Shown here one piece after another: positions 1 through 10,051 of a DNA stretch of 64,000 bases. The stretch comes from a bacterium (lineage in GTDB: Bacteria; SAR324; NAC60-12). Within the stretch, counting starts at the first letter, position 1; each line of letters opens with the position of its first letter. The translations under genes and the position numbers were made by a program. The stretch spans positions 305,465 through 369,464 of the forward strand of contig CBDBHR010000030.1 of assembly GCA_965205865.1 (NCBI GenBank). The letters run 5' to 3'. Under the pieces are notes generated by a model that was not told the origin of the DNA, did not search any database, and saw nothing but the letters and a program-made list of their open reading frames with translations.

Positions 1-33
1 TTGGGTTACTGATGTTGTAGTGGCCTCACTCAT
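1..33 (-). CDS. probable 5' end of ABC permease (DppC-like), runs off the window edge
   Basis: ATG at 33 (MSEATTTSVTQ) directly after dppB, in the position dppC occupies in the other copies. Confidence 0.5.
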   Translation of the reverse strand, partial: MSEATTTSVTQ

Positions 34-49
34 GATGTCGCTGACCCCT

Positions 50-1015
50 CTAACGGTACCTGATTCTCGGGTCCAAGTATGCGTAGACCAAATCGATGAA
101 GAGATTGTTCAAGAGTACAACTGTCCCGAACACCAGATTCACCCCGGAAACCACCGTGTAATCACGGTCTGAAAGTGCAATGAGCAGCAGTCGACCGAGC
201 CCGGGTAGGTTGAAGATGTTTTCCATGATCACCGAGCCCCCGACCAAAATCGGCAGCTGCAAGCCAATGAGGGTTACGACGGGGATGAGGGCATTCTTGA
301 TGCTGTGCCTTAGAACGATGACCTTTTCCTCGAGTCCCTTGGACCAGGCGGTCCGGATATAGTCCTGCCGGAGTACCTCCAGCATCATGGTGCGTGTCAT
401 GCGCATGACAGCGGCGGCCCCGGCCGTGCCAAGGATCAGACTGGGAATGAACAAACCCGAGAGGTTCGCTATCGGATCCTCGAAGAAGGGAACCATCTTG
501 AGTGGTGGGGTCCAGCCCCACCAGATCGCAGGGTAGACCATCACCATAATGCCCAACCAGAAGTTGGGCGTCGCCAGTCCGATAATGGCAACCGAGCGTC
601 CGACATAGTCGCCGAGTCTGTCCTGCCGAATTGCCGAGTAGATGCCGACCGGCAGTGCGATGACAAGTCCAATCAAAATCGCGAGGAGTCCGAGTTCAAT
701 CGTCACCGGCAACCGTCCGAGAATCCGCTCTCCTATCTCCCATTCATGCAAAAGCGACTTCCCAAGGCTGCCGCGCAGGAGCATGTCGCCCAGCCAGCGC
801 CCGTACTGGACGTAGACCGGCTGGTCGAGCCCGAGCTTGCGCTCGAGCGCCTCGCGATCTGCGTTGGGATCGATGCCACCGCTCTCCATCATCTGCTCCA
901 TCAGAACGTCGATGATGTCGCCGGGAATGAAGCGAACTGACAGGAAGACCAGGATCGACAGAATGAACAGGGTCGGAATCGTCAGCAGCAGGCGCCTGAT
1001 CATGTAAGCCCTCAT
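50..1015 (-). CDS. dppB: peptide/nickel ABC transporter permease, DppB/OppB type
   Basis: MRAYMIRRLL start, TIELG, DYIRTAWSKGL EAA motif, YAYLDPRIRY end. Confidence 0.9.
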   Translation of the reverse strand: MRAYMIRRLLLTIPTLFILSILVFLSVRFIPGDIIDVLMEQMMESGGIDPNADREALERKLGLDQPVYVQYGRWLGDMLLRGSLGKSLLHEWEIGERILGRLPVTIELGLLAILIGLVIALPVGIYSAIRQDRLGDYVGRSVAIIGLATPNFWLGIMVMVYPAIWWGWTPPLKMVPFFEDPIANLSGLFIPSLILGTAGAAAVMRMTRTMMLEVLRQDYIRTAWSKGLEEKVIVLRHSIKNALIPVVTLIGLQLPILVGGSVIMENIFNLPGLGRLLLIALSDRDYTVVSGVNLVFGTVVLLNNLFIDLVYAYLDPRIRYR

Positions 1016-1121
1016 GGCACCATCCCCATCCTGACAATAAAAGTGGGATGGCGGGCCGATGCCGCCACCCCACGGGTATCAGTGAGAACCCCATCTCCCG
1101 CTAAGGACTCGAAAGGCTCCA

Positions 1122-2894
1122 CTAGAATCCCATCTCCCGCTTCAAATCCTGGTCGATCCACAGGCGCGAATAGACCAGGATACGGTCCATATCGCCGGGG
1201 TCGCTTTCGCCATTGTAGCCCTTCACCCACGGCCAGTGGACCGTGAAGTACGGCACGCGCGCTCCCCAGATGAACCAGTGCTGCCGGTTTATGTAGTCTG
1301 ATGCCTCTCTGGCGAGCCTGTGGCGCTCGTCCATGTCGGCTTCGGCCACCACGCGCGCCACCATTTGTTTGTAGACCTCGTCATTTTTGCCAATGGTGCC
1401 CCATACGCCGGACTGGACGTTAATGAGTTCGCCGACCGGATTCCATTCGTAGCCTGAAATGAAAGATATTACGTCGTAGTCATCCCCTGAGCGGCGAGCG
1501 CCCATCGTGGGGCCGTCTACAACCGTAAGAGTTACATCGATGCCGATCGCCTCCCAAAATGCGGCGATGATCTCTTTCCAACCGCGATCATCCCTTGCGG
1601 TGATCAGAAATTCCAGCTCGAACCGGGTGCCGTCCGAACCCCGAGGCAATCCGGCCTCGTCGAGCAGCTTCTCAGCTCCTTCCGGGTTGTAGGCATAGTA
1701 GCCTTTGACCTCGTCCGACCAGTCCTCGTAGCGATTAATGAAGGGATACAAAGCGTTTCCCAACAACCCCTGCGGTTGGGTACTTGCATAGCCCTTGAAA
1801 TACTTTGAGCCCGCTCCCTCGACGTCGAGTGCCATCTGTAGGGCGCGGCGTACCCGAACGTCATCGAAGGGCGGCCTGGTTGCGTTCACCATGGGAGACG
1901 TCTCGGAGCGAAACGAGGCACCCTGCGCGACGATGTCGGGGTTGGTGCGCTTGAGGCTTTCCACCTGGTCGATTGACGTTATCTGCGAGATCCCATGGAA
2001 GCCGAAGAAATCGACCTTGCCCGAGCGCAGAGCCGCCAGACGCGTCTGCGGCTCCGGCATCACCAGCGCGTTTATAGTGTCGATGTAGGGCAGCCGGTTC
2101 TCTGGAAACTTCTCGTCGAATCCCCAGTAGTTGGGAGCCTTCTCCCACGTCACGGAGCTGCCTTCGACCCAATCGGTAAGCTCGTACGGTCCGGTGCCAA
2201 CGAGGTTGCGCCAGTCGGTGATCTCACCGTGCTCCCGAATCACCTCCGGTGGGTAGATGAACGCGACATTCACCATGAGGAGGGTCTTGAGCGCGTCCAG
2301 GTTTGGCTGCGCCAGCCGGAAGACAACGGTATTCTCCTCGGCAGTTATCGAGGTCAGGCCGATGTTATCCAGCGTAGTTACCGACGCCGCCCCTTCCGGC
2401 GGCTTGGTGTAGCCGCTGCCGAGCCCGGTGAAGCGATGGAAGCTGAACTCCACGTCCTTGGCGGTTAGCGCGCGACTGTTCATAGGCGCTTTATCGTGCC
2501 AGTTCACGCCCTGGCGGATGTGCATGACGATGGTAGTTGGGTCGGGTTGCTCCCAGCGCTCGGCCAGGCGGCCGACGATGATGTCATCGGGCAGGTAGGT
2601 GGAGCGGAAGTCGAACTTGTCGCGACTCACGCCCCAGTCGCCGATACCGAGTTTCTCCAGCACGAGGCCTGTGACGAGGGCCGGGAGGTGGTTGAAGACC
2701 GTGTCAGCAGTCGGCGGGTCGTCGCGCAGCGTGACGTTGAGCGTGCCGCCATACTCCGGAGCGGTCACCATCTTGCCAGTGGACGGGTCTTTGACCATCT
2801 CTTGGGCTATAGTAACCGAGCCCATCCCCAGAGCAATCGCCCCCGACACACCAACCAACATCCATTTTTTCATTTTTTGCTTAATCTTTTTCAT
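1122..2894 (-). CDS. ABC transporter substrate-binding protein, family 5 (SBP1)
   Basis: Signal peptide MKKIKQ..TIA behind GGAAAGGA RBS; VGTGPY, PPFDDVRVRRALQMA and YNPEGAEKLLDEAG motifs; the ORF-track extension to 3104 comes from a duplicated leader. Confidence 0.9.
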   Translation of the reverse strand: MKKIKQKMKKWMLVGVSGAIALGMGSVTIAQEMVKDPSTGKMVTAPEYGGTLNVTLRDDPPTADTVFNHLPALVTGLVLEKLGIGDWGVSRDKFDFRSTYLPDDIIVGRLAERWEQPDPTTIVMHIRQGVNWHDKAPMNSRALTAKDVEFSFHRFTGLGSGYTKPPEGAASVTTLDNIGLTSITAEENTVVFRLAQPNLDALKTLLMVNVAFIYPPEVIREHGEITDWRNLVGTGPYELTDWVEGSSVTWEKAPNYWGFDEKFPENRLPYIDTINALVMPEPQTRLAALRSGKVDFFGFHGISQITSIDQVESLKRTNPDIVAQGASFRSETSPMVNATRPPFDDVRVRRALQMALDVEGAGSKYFKGYASTQPQGLLGNALYPFINRYEDWSDEVKGYYAYNPEGAEKLLDEAGLPRGSDGTRFELEFLITARDDRGWKEIIAAFWEAIGIDVTLTVVDGPTMGARRSGDDYDVISFISGYEWNPVGELINVQSGVWGTIGKNDEVYKQMVARVVAEADMDERHRLAREASDYINRQHWFIWGARVPYFTVHWPWVKGYNGESDPGDMDRILVYSRLWIDQDLKREMGF

Positions 2895-2916
2895 GATAAT
2901 TTCCTTTCCAAATACT

Positions 2917-3090
2917 ATTGAATTAAAAAGGGATTTCCTCCCCATACCATTGCTCCTCTTATTTTTGACAGCATCCATCATTTTTCCTTTCTTGTTATTA
3001 CAAATTGAATTAAAAAGGGATTTCCTCCCCATACCATTGCTCCTCTTATTTTTGACAGCATCCATCATTTTTCCTTTCTTGTTATTACAA
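2917..3090. repeat. exact 87-bp tandem duplication containing RBS-ATG
   Basis: 2917-3003 = 3004-3090. Confidence 0.95.
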
Positions 3091-3409
3091 GTTGAAGGAC
3101 GCACTCAGGCGTCCATGATATTCCAAATTCCCCTTGCCTTTCCGTTCCTGGAGCTTGGAACGTAGGATTTGAGGTTTGGCATTTGAAACGAGAAATCTTA
3201 AGGATCTTTCCCCTTCGGACTGGGCGCCGCTTCCGTGTCGCTTCCGATACGCCGATGCGCCGTATGCGGGGGGCAGCCTCCGGACCAGGCACAACAAAGA
3301 CCCCGTCGAGGGAATATAAGGGGGTAGAACTTGGGATGGGGAACCGGTTGCTTGTTGCTTGGAACTGAGAACTTGAGACTGGGAACTTGGAACTAGGTTC
3401 TTGGTGCGC

Positions 3410-3442
3410 GGGTGCCGGGTGCCGGGTGCCGGGTGCCGGGTG
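3410..3442. repeat. (GGGTGCC)x4.7 heptamer tract, continuous with degenerate GGAACTT heptamers at 3326-3400
   Basis: Direct reading. Confidence 0.9.
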
Positions 3443-3445
3443 GGA

Positions 3446-3474
3446 ATTGTACTATCATTTTAACCTCTTGTCAA
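3446..3474 (-). promoter_or_regulatory. sigma70-type promoter for the SBP1 operon
   Basis: TTGACA-N17-TACAAT on the minus strand. Confidence 0.7.
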
Positions 3475-3720
3475 GTTTTTTTTAAAAAGTGACGCATTGT
3501 TAATTTCGGTATATGATGGCTTTTTACATTATTTTGGCAACTCTTTTCTGCTGATTCCCCTCAAAAACCACCAATTTTCCTTAAATCAATATTGAACGCT
3601 CTCGCTTTCCGTCCTAGGAAAGATAAAAATTTTACTCACGCTGCAAATGAGATTATCACGGCCCTTTCTGAAATTCAACAATAAGTCGGAATCGTCCATA
3701 TATTCTACGGAATTGTCCCC

Positions 3721-4034
3721 TTATTCAGTGTTCACTTGAATGCGAGCGTATAACTTTCTAAACTCTCGTGAGCTCATAATTTCATATCGTTTGAATATTC
3801 GACTGAAATATCCGGGATCCGTGTAACCCACTTCTTCCGAAATTTGATCGATATTGTCAGATCGATCCAAAAGCAGATTACGAGCATACATCAAGCGTGT
3901 GGTGTGGATCGCGTCGGTTATCGTTTTTCCAAAAACCTGCTTAAATATTCATCCTAAATGATCCGGATTACAAAGTAAACTTGCGGCAACGTCAGAGGCA
4001 TTCAGGGTTTTATGAAAATGGGTGTTGATATACT
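3721..4034 (-). pseudogene. AraC-family regulator C-terminal HTH fragment with internal stop
   Basis: Manual translation LNASDVAASLLCNPDHLG*IFKQVFG...ISEEVGYTDPGYFSRIFKR. Confidence 0.75.
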
Positions 4035-4841
4035 TTGGACAAGAAGGAGATCTGCCAGTACACGGAGTTTAAGAGCAAGCAGGGGACATGGAAGAAGGCT
4101 CGTCGCACGATCTACAGCCGCTTGATTGAACACGATAGCCAACTCTCTTTGCCGGGTTTGGATCATGATGGCGTGATCATTACGAACCTTGGTATGGGAG
4201 AGGCCATTGATGGCCAACTCAGCCAAGCCGCTGAAGAAAAGCGCATCGATGCTCATAGCATCCTTGGCTCGTACCACGGACGGGGAAAGGATGAACTGGC
4301 CAACCGGGCGCTGAAAAACTTTGGTCATCAACAACTACCCTTCAAGAACTTCATTTCCAATGCCGCATGGTACTATCTGATGCTGCTTGGCAACAACCTC
4401 TTCGAAGCCTTCAAAGAAGATGTCAGCAAGCCAGTGATTGCGGTAACGATGTATGCTGATACCTTCCGGCGCCAGTTTCTTGATACGGCAGGCAAACTGG
4501 TTCGTCATGCCGGAAAACTGATCTTGAAAATACCCAAAACGACCTTTGAGCGCTTGCAATTGGACCAACTATTTGCCACCTGCCAGCATGCATAGGCGCT
4601 AATCTGATCAACGGGTTTCGCTTCAATTAAAAAACAAAAACATTAAAGTTTAAGGGGATGAGTGCGTCCATGACATGAGAAACGAAGACTTTCCACATCT
4701 GAAAACAGCATATTGATGCTCATTCTCACTCAAACATCCATGGATTTGATGATCAAAATCTGATTTCAGAATGATTGCCTTTCTCAGACAAAAAAATCAT
4801 CTTGAAAATCTGATCCTTTTTTAGAATCGCTCAATTTAGGG
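4035..4841 (+). mobile_element. IS1380-family remnant (3' part of transposase and right end)
   Basis: YHGRGKDELANRALK..LPFKNF..NAAWYYLMLL transposase C-terminus; end sequence TCGCTCAATTTAGGG. Confidence 0.75.
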
Positions 4842-4970
4842 TTTCATAAATTCTGATAAATGCCTCAGAAAAATTGAAGGAGGTATCGGATTTTCAACCC
4901 TTTGGTGAGATGAGTATCGCAGGGATTTACTGGGGGGAAGGACGGCTGTCAGAGAAAAAAAGGGGCGTAT

Positions 4971-5315
4971 TTATGGAGTAAACCATTTTGCAAGCATGTT
5001 GTAGAGACGTTGTAGGCGGTCTTGATCAATATTCCCAAGCTCGGCTTTAAATCGCTGCTGACTGACCGTAAGGAGTCTATCCAGGCGAATGACGCTGGTA
5101 ATCTTTAATCGTGATGTTGGAAAATCGGAGTCATCTTTATTGATTATTTCTCCAAAACCCTCAATATGCTGGTGAATCTGAGAAGACACCATGCATACCA
5201 ACCAATCATCAAATCTGCTTGGGGTTTCTTTCAGTAATAAAACCGGACGGATTGAAAAGGTCTGCAAATCTGCCTGGGGGAAATTGAGGAGGATTATAGT
5301 ACCTGGAGTAATCAT
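4971..5315 (-). CDS. PemK/MazF-family toxin
   Basis: PGTIILLNFPQAD..RPVLLL..VCMVSS..SVIRLDRL. Confidence 0.8.
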   Translation of the reverse strand: MITPGTIILLNFPQADLQTFSIRPVLLLKETPSRFDDWLVCMVSSQIHQHIEGFGEIINKDDSDFPTSRLKITSVIRLDRLLTVSQQRFKAELGNIDQDRLQRLYNMLAKWFTP

Positions 5316-5527
5316 CGGTACACTTCTTTTGCGTCTTCTAAAGTATATTGGATCTCATCCGCTATATCCATTCCCTTTTGTGCCTCAAGCATGGCCAGTT
5401 GTTCAAAATTAGTATCTTCCTCTAATGCTTCTTGTAGTAAGGTGCTGGCGAAATCATCAATATCAGCAACTCTTTCAAGCTGTGGTCTTAACCTATCGTC
5501 GAGTGTTGCAGTAATATGCACTTTCAT
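5312..5527 (-). CDS. putative antitoxin
   Basis: Small acidic ORF overlapping the toxin start by 4 nt. Confidence 0.6.
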   Translation of the reverse strand: MKVHITATLDDRLRPQLERVADIDDFASTLLQEALEEDTNFEQLAMLEAQKGMDIADEIQYTLEDAKEVYR

Positions 5528-5575
5528 GGCATCCCGCTTTCTTGTTAGCTGTATTGATCGGTGGCATATAATAGG

Positions 5576-6145
5576 TCAGTCTTTATTAGTATACCGATTT
5601 GAAGGGAGAGCACAAATCAGAAAGAGGGCTATCTTTTTGAGTGAGGTGCTTTTTATAGGGTCCAATATCGTCAATACCAGGCAGTTTGCAACAACGATGG
5701 TATAATATAAAAATTCCTTTTGCCGTTCTAGGATTCTATTCATCGAGAGGGCTACTTCAACAGAACCAAGCCTCGAAACGAGCATCATTATCGGTTTTTT
5801 GGCAATAATATGAGGTTCTTGGATTTCCTTACCTACAAAGTAGGTTAGATTGGTTTCATCTAAAATGGAAACAGAAACAACATTGAGCCCTTTCTGGTAT
5901 TCCCCTCGGGCCGATCTCATCATTGCAAAGTTTTTATCGATGGAGGCTGGCGCAGCGATTCTAGCCAGATTTTCCGCGGTTTGATCGGCCTCTTCTTGTA
6001 AAATACGGACTTCTCTTTTAGTCATAATTAAAAAATTTATTGACCCCATCCCCAAGGCAACGATGACGACAATCGGCATGAGACCGAGAAGAAAATCTCG
6101 ACCGATGGAGCGCGTTAAAAATATATCGAGGATGGCATTTTTCAT
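5576..6145 (-). pseudogene. N-terminal membrane sensor fragment (histidine kinase or chemoreceptor type), truncated
   Basis: TM-periplasmic domain-LGSVEV-TM layout with no signalling domain. Confidence 0.45.
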
Positions 6146-6407
6146 TTTTTTGCTAGAGTGATCCGCCTTCGCCGAAGAACACGGGCTACCCCGTGGAGGA
6201 GTGCCTAAAATTTTTGTGCGACGGGGGATTGATCCGCATTCCCTTTATTGAGGAAAGAGCGTAGAGAAAACCCCATTGTGTGTCAAGAATAAATAGAGTT
6301 GACCCGCTAGACATTCTTTTCCAGTTATTTGAGATAGTATATATTATTTGCTGCCTCTAAGGTAGGTCACGATCTTTTCTTATTTCACGTTGCCAAATGG
6401 CATCCAG

Positions 6408-6669
6408 TTACAAGCGATTCACAAGCTTGTTATAGGCTTCATGACTGCCAATCCAGAACCATGCCATGTACTCTTCTTTATGTAGGCCGAGTGCACGCCA
6501 ACCTAAACCAACCCGAACTGAATAAATGTTGTTACGGATATTTTTGTACTAGAGAGGGGTGCTGGGAATCCTGTTTCCACAGTTCATAGGTTTTCTTCGC
6601 CTGCTCCTGAATATGCTGGGGAAGGCTGGCATATAGTTTCCGAAAAGCAGGCCTTGTCTTTGATTTCAC
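6408..6669 (-). pseudogene. RelE/ParE-like toxin, frameshifted
   Basis: KSKTRPAFRKLYASLP..HPSL / YSVRVGLGWRALG..WFWIGSHEAYNKL; span is 262 nt (3n+1). Confidence 0.7.
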
Positions 6670-6893
6670 TTCCAGAGGTTTTCAAGAGGTTCAGTCGAGT
6701 CTTCATGTATCGACTGTTCTGCTTCTGCGGCAAGTTGGTCCAACACTTCAGGAGATTCTGCAAAACTCTGAGCCCATTGCACCTCGTCAAGAATATCCGA
6801 GAAATGTTCCAGAAGATTTTGAGCAAGCGATTCCTGCTCGGCTTCTGGCAATTCTGCGACTTTTTTGACGACTTGTTCTAGTGTTTTGGTCAT
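6666..6893 (-). CDS. putative antitoxin
   Basis: VAELPEAEQ..WAQSF..LDQLAAEA pattern; overlaps the toxin start. Confidence 0.65.
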   Translation of the reverse strand: MTKTLEQVVKKVAELPEAEQESLAQNLLEHFSDILDEVQWAQSFAESPEVLDQLAAEAEQSIHEDSTEPLENLWK

Positions 6894-7092
6894 GGTATCC
6901 CTCTTTCTTGTTAGGTGTATTGATCGGTGGCATATAAGGGATCAGTCTTTATTAGCATACTAATTTGAAGATGGTCTCCCTCTTGAGTGTTGTTATCCTG
7001 AAAACCGGGGAAACGCACCGGAAAACGAAGAGTTCATTATTTATTAGAGTTGGTTCGCTATCTTCACCTCAATTGGAAGAGGTAGGAAAAAT

Positions 7093-7563
7093 TTAGACTG
7101 TCCAATATTCGTGTTGGAATTGCTGGTTGATTTCGACAAGTGTTGGATAGATTTGGTCAAGACTGACGAGAATTGCACTTTCAGTGATAGCGGTACTGGC
7201 AAGCATAAGGTCTATGTTATACCGCCGCATGTTTTATGGAGTGATATGACGTGTTTGTTTCAATTTTCCTTTCAATTCTGCGTATAAGGAAGAGGAGTTT
7301 TGACGTAATGGAAAAACAACAAATCCTTGTGAAATTTGATTGATGATATGTCTGATAATGGGCTTTTTTTCGTCAGAAGCAAGAAAATAACTATATTCAA
7401 GCTCATAGAAATTGAGAACTGAAACCGTCAGGACATCTTCTTCTGAGAGTTCAGTGATTTTCTTGAGAATAGATTTTGTTATTGGGTCCTGCGGGTTTCC
7501 ATATAAAAAACTAATGGAATCTGTGGGAACATCGGTGAGTGCTTTGTGGGTGACGGAATTCAT
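7093..7563 (-). pseudogene. PIN-domain (VapC-like) protein with in-frame stop
   Basis: VSVLNFYEL; continues in frame after TAA at 7234 as NIDLMLASTAITESAILVSLD. Confidence 0.7.
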
Positions 7564-7568
7564 GTGCT

Positions 7569-7874
7569 TTATGTCGAAATGGACCAGGTCGAGATGCTCA
7601 AGAATCCCCTAGAAAGCGTAATTGCTTGAGCCTCGCATATTTCAACACAGTCTCCGCTTTGCAGGCATTTATTCTGATCATGAAGAATTTCGAAACCCCT
7701 TAGTTGCGAGTGAGGGGTGGAACACCACAAACACCTTAATGGACATCCCTTCATGTAGACCAGCGTTCGAATTCCTGGACCATCATGCATCGCATATCGT
7801 TGCATGTTGATCACGGTGCCCTTTAACTCTTCGGCCGGCCCACCTTTGGCATAAAAAAACTTGGGGTTCCTCAT
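7569..7874 (-). pseudogene. glycyl-radical enzyme activating enzyme, N-terminal fragment
   Basis: HDGPGIRT..KGCPLRCLWC radical-SAM motif and ferredoxin cysteines; truncated. Confidence 0.85.
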
Positions 7875-7991
7875 AAAGATCTCTCACATCCGTTAAAAAA
7901 TTCTCAATTAAGTACCTAGACAAAATTATTCCATGATTTTGAATGAAGATTTGTAAGTATATCTTACATTCATGATGATTGTGTCATATTG

Positions 7992-8068
7992 TGTCATACT
8001 GGACTTGATCCGGTATCCAGGGGGCTTTAATTGATTCCCTGGATTCCCGGGCAAGCCAGGAATGACAA
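7992..8068. repeat. REP-like palindrome (TGTCAT..ATCCAG / CTGGATT..ATGACA)
   Basis: Inverted repeat; related element at 16357-16431. Confidence 0.6.
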
Positions 8069-8100
8069 AACAAAATACCAGTTTAATTTTGTCCTATTAC

Positions 8101-10021
8101 TTAATGGTCGGTTCGGTCTATAATATCTTGCTGGGTTTTTTCTCCAAGCCCCGTGAAAAAGGCGCTGTAACCTGTAACGCGGACTTCAAGATCCAGGTGT
8201 TCTTCAGGGCTTTCAACGGCTGCCTTGAGGGTATCGAAATCTGTCAGGGAAACACCGAGATGCTGTCCTCCCAGATCGAAGAAGGTTTCTGCCAAAGCCA
8301 TAAACCGTTCCGGGTCCAGCTTTCCCACTAAGCGGAGATTCAAGCCACTTGCCACGGTGCGCCAGTAAGGAATACCGCTTTTCCTCAAAGCCCAGCTGAT
8401 TGATTGCCGTCAGAGAATCGGCAACGGTGGCCATTCCCATAACAAAGATGGATGTTCGTAGGATAGCGCATCCCACCTTGAGAAATATCCAGGCATTTTT
8501 CCAGGGAATCATGCATCAAGACCGAATCAAAATGAAATATTTCCAGGGGCTCCAACTTTATCTGATGCTCTTCGGTCGCGCCGGGATATTTACCTGGAAA
8601 GGGACCTCCCGCTTTACCCGCCAATGTATTCTTGTGCGCATGGGCGACTCCAACCTCGGCCAGAAGACGGAAATTGCTCAGGATGTCCTCCATAGAGCTA
8701 ATCTGATCCAAGGGGATTATTCCTTCGACTGGTTGGACTTTTGAATGGTTGTGACCACTTTCAAAAAGTCCGGTGTAGCTGTCTTCAACCGCTTGGCCGT
8801 CGTTCAAAGCAGCCAGGAGCCATGTTGGCAGGACGTGCCAGTTCTCACCACCAGTTATAAAGACTGACATGAAGCCCGGAAGGTCAATACGGTTACAGGC
8901 GGTAAAGCTGTAATTACAAGCGTCTTCCTTGCTGATCTTGGGAAAAAAGGTCTCAAAAGCATTTAAAATTTGGCTTTCATTCCAAAGCTGAATCTGTTGC
9001 GCGCATGTCTTCATTGCTGTGGCGACGGCTAATTTAAATTCAGCAGGGCTTTGGGAATCTATTCTGATGTTTATTTCCGGCTTGCGCATCTTGACCAAAG
9101 GGGCGGCCTCTAGGAACAAATAGGAAAGCTCATTTTCCATGGAATCCCCATTTTCAGAGCGTCCGCCAAGCGTAATGTATATATGTGACGCTACGCTGGG
9201 AACCGGTTTGATATCACTCTTACCGACGATCTCGTTTGTTTTAATGTAGAGATGCGCCAGCAGCAATTTCACTTCATCCCGATCAAGAACTCCCTGCTTG
9301 AGGTCTGCTTGATAGTAGGGGAAGAGATACTAATCCATGCGGCCAAAGGCAAAATCCCGTGCTCCGAGAATGCAACCGAAAACCAAATTGACCAGACAGA
9401 TCCCTTGCAGGGCCTCGAAAAAGTTCCTTGCGGGACGTCCAGGGACATGCTCCAGCGCATCAGCGATGCGGAGGAGATGCTGCTGATATTGAGGATCATC
9501 GACTGATTCTGATTTCTGTCGGGCCGCTGCGGCGTAACGTTTGGCAAATCTGTCTACGGCCTGACAGCATCGTTCAGCGTTAGCGGCGAAACGAAGGGCC
9601 TGCTCCGTGTCAAGATCGTCTGCATTTTTCTTGACCTCCTCGGCAATGCTCAAAAGGCCTTTCTTCAGCATTAAAGGCCAATCCAAGGTGGTATGTCCCG
9701 CAATGAAAAAAGGCCGCGCTTGACAATAAACCCCTGCGACTTGAAATGCTCGATTTCTGCTTTTGATAATTTGACTTGGTTGGCCCCTTCGAGACGGTCT
9801 TCATAAGGTATGGGTTCATGGGGTGTGAGGGGCGCTTTCTTAAATTTTTAAGTTGTGGATTGGATGAGTTTCAATCTTTCCCCCGTAATCAGCTGGTGGG
9901 GGATCGCTTACTTTTTCTATCACTTCAGCTTGTCCGGAGCGAGTCGTCTCTTGGTAATTGATGGGTGGGTAGGAAAATTTACGGTCTTCCATTGGGTTGT
10001 CTTTGCCTTGAAATCAGTCAT
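8101..10021 (-). pseudogene. glycyl-radical enzyme (PFL2-like), multiply frameshifted
   Basis: VPGRPARNFFEALQ, FGRMD, ITLGG, NELSYLFL, VRVTGYS glycyl loop spread over several frames. Confidence 0.85.
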
Positions 10022-10051
10022 GAGTATCCCTTTCTAATTTTTATGAATTTT

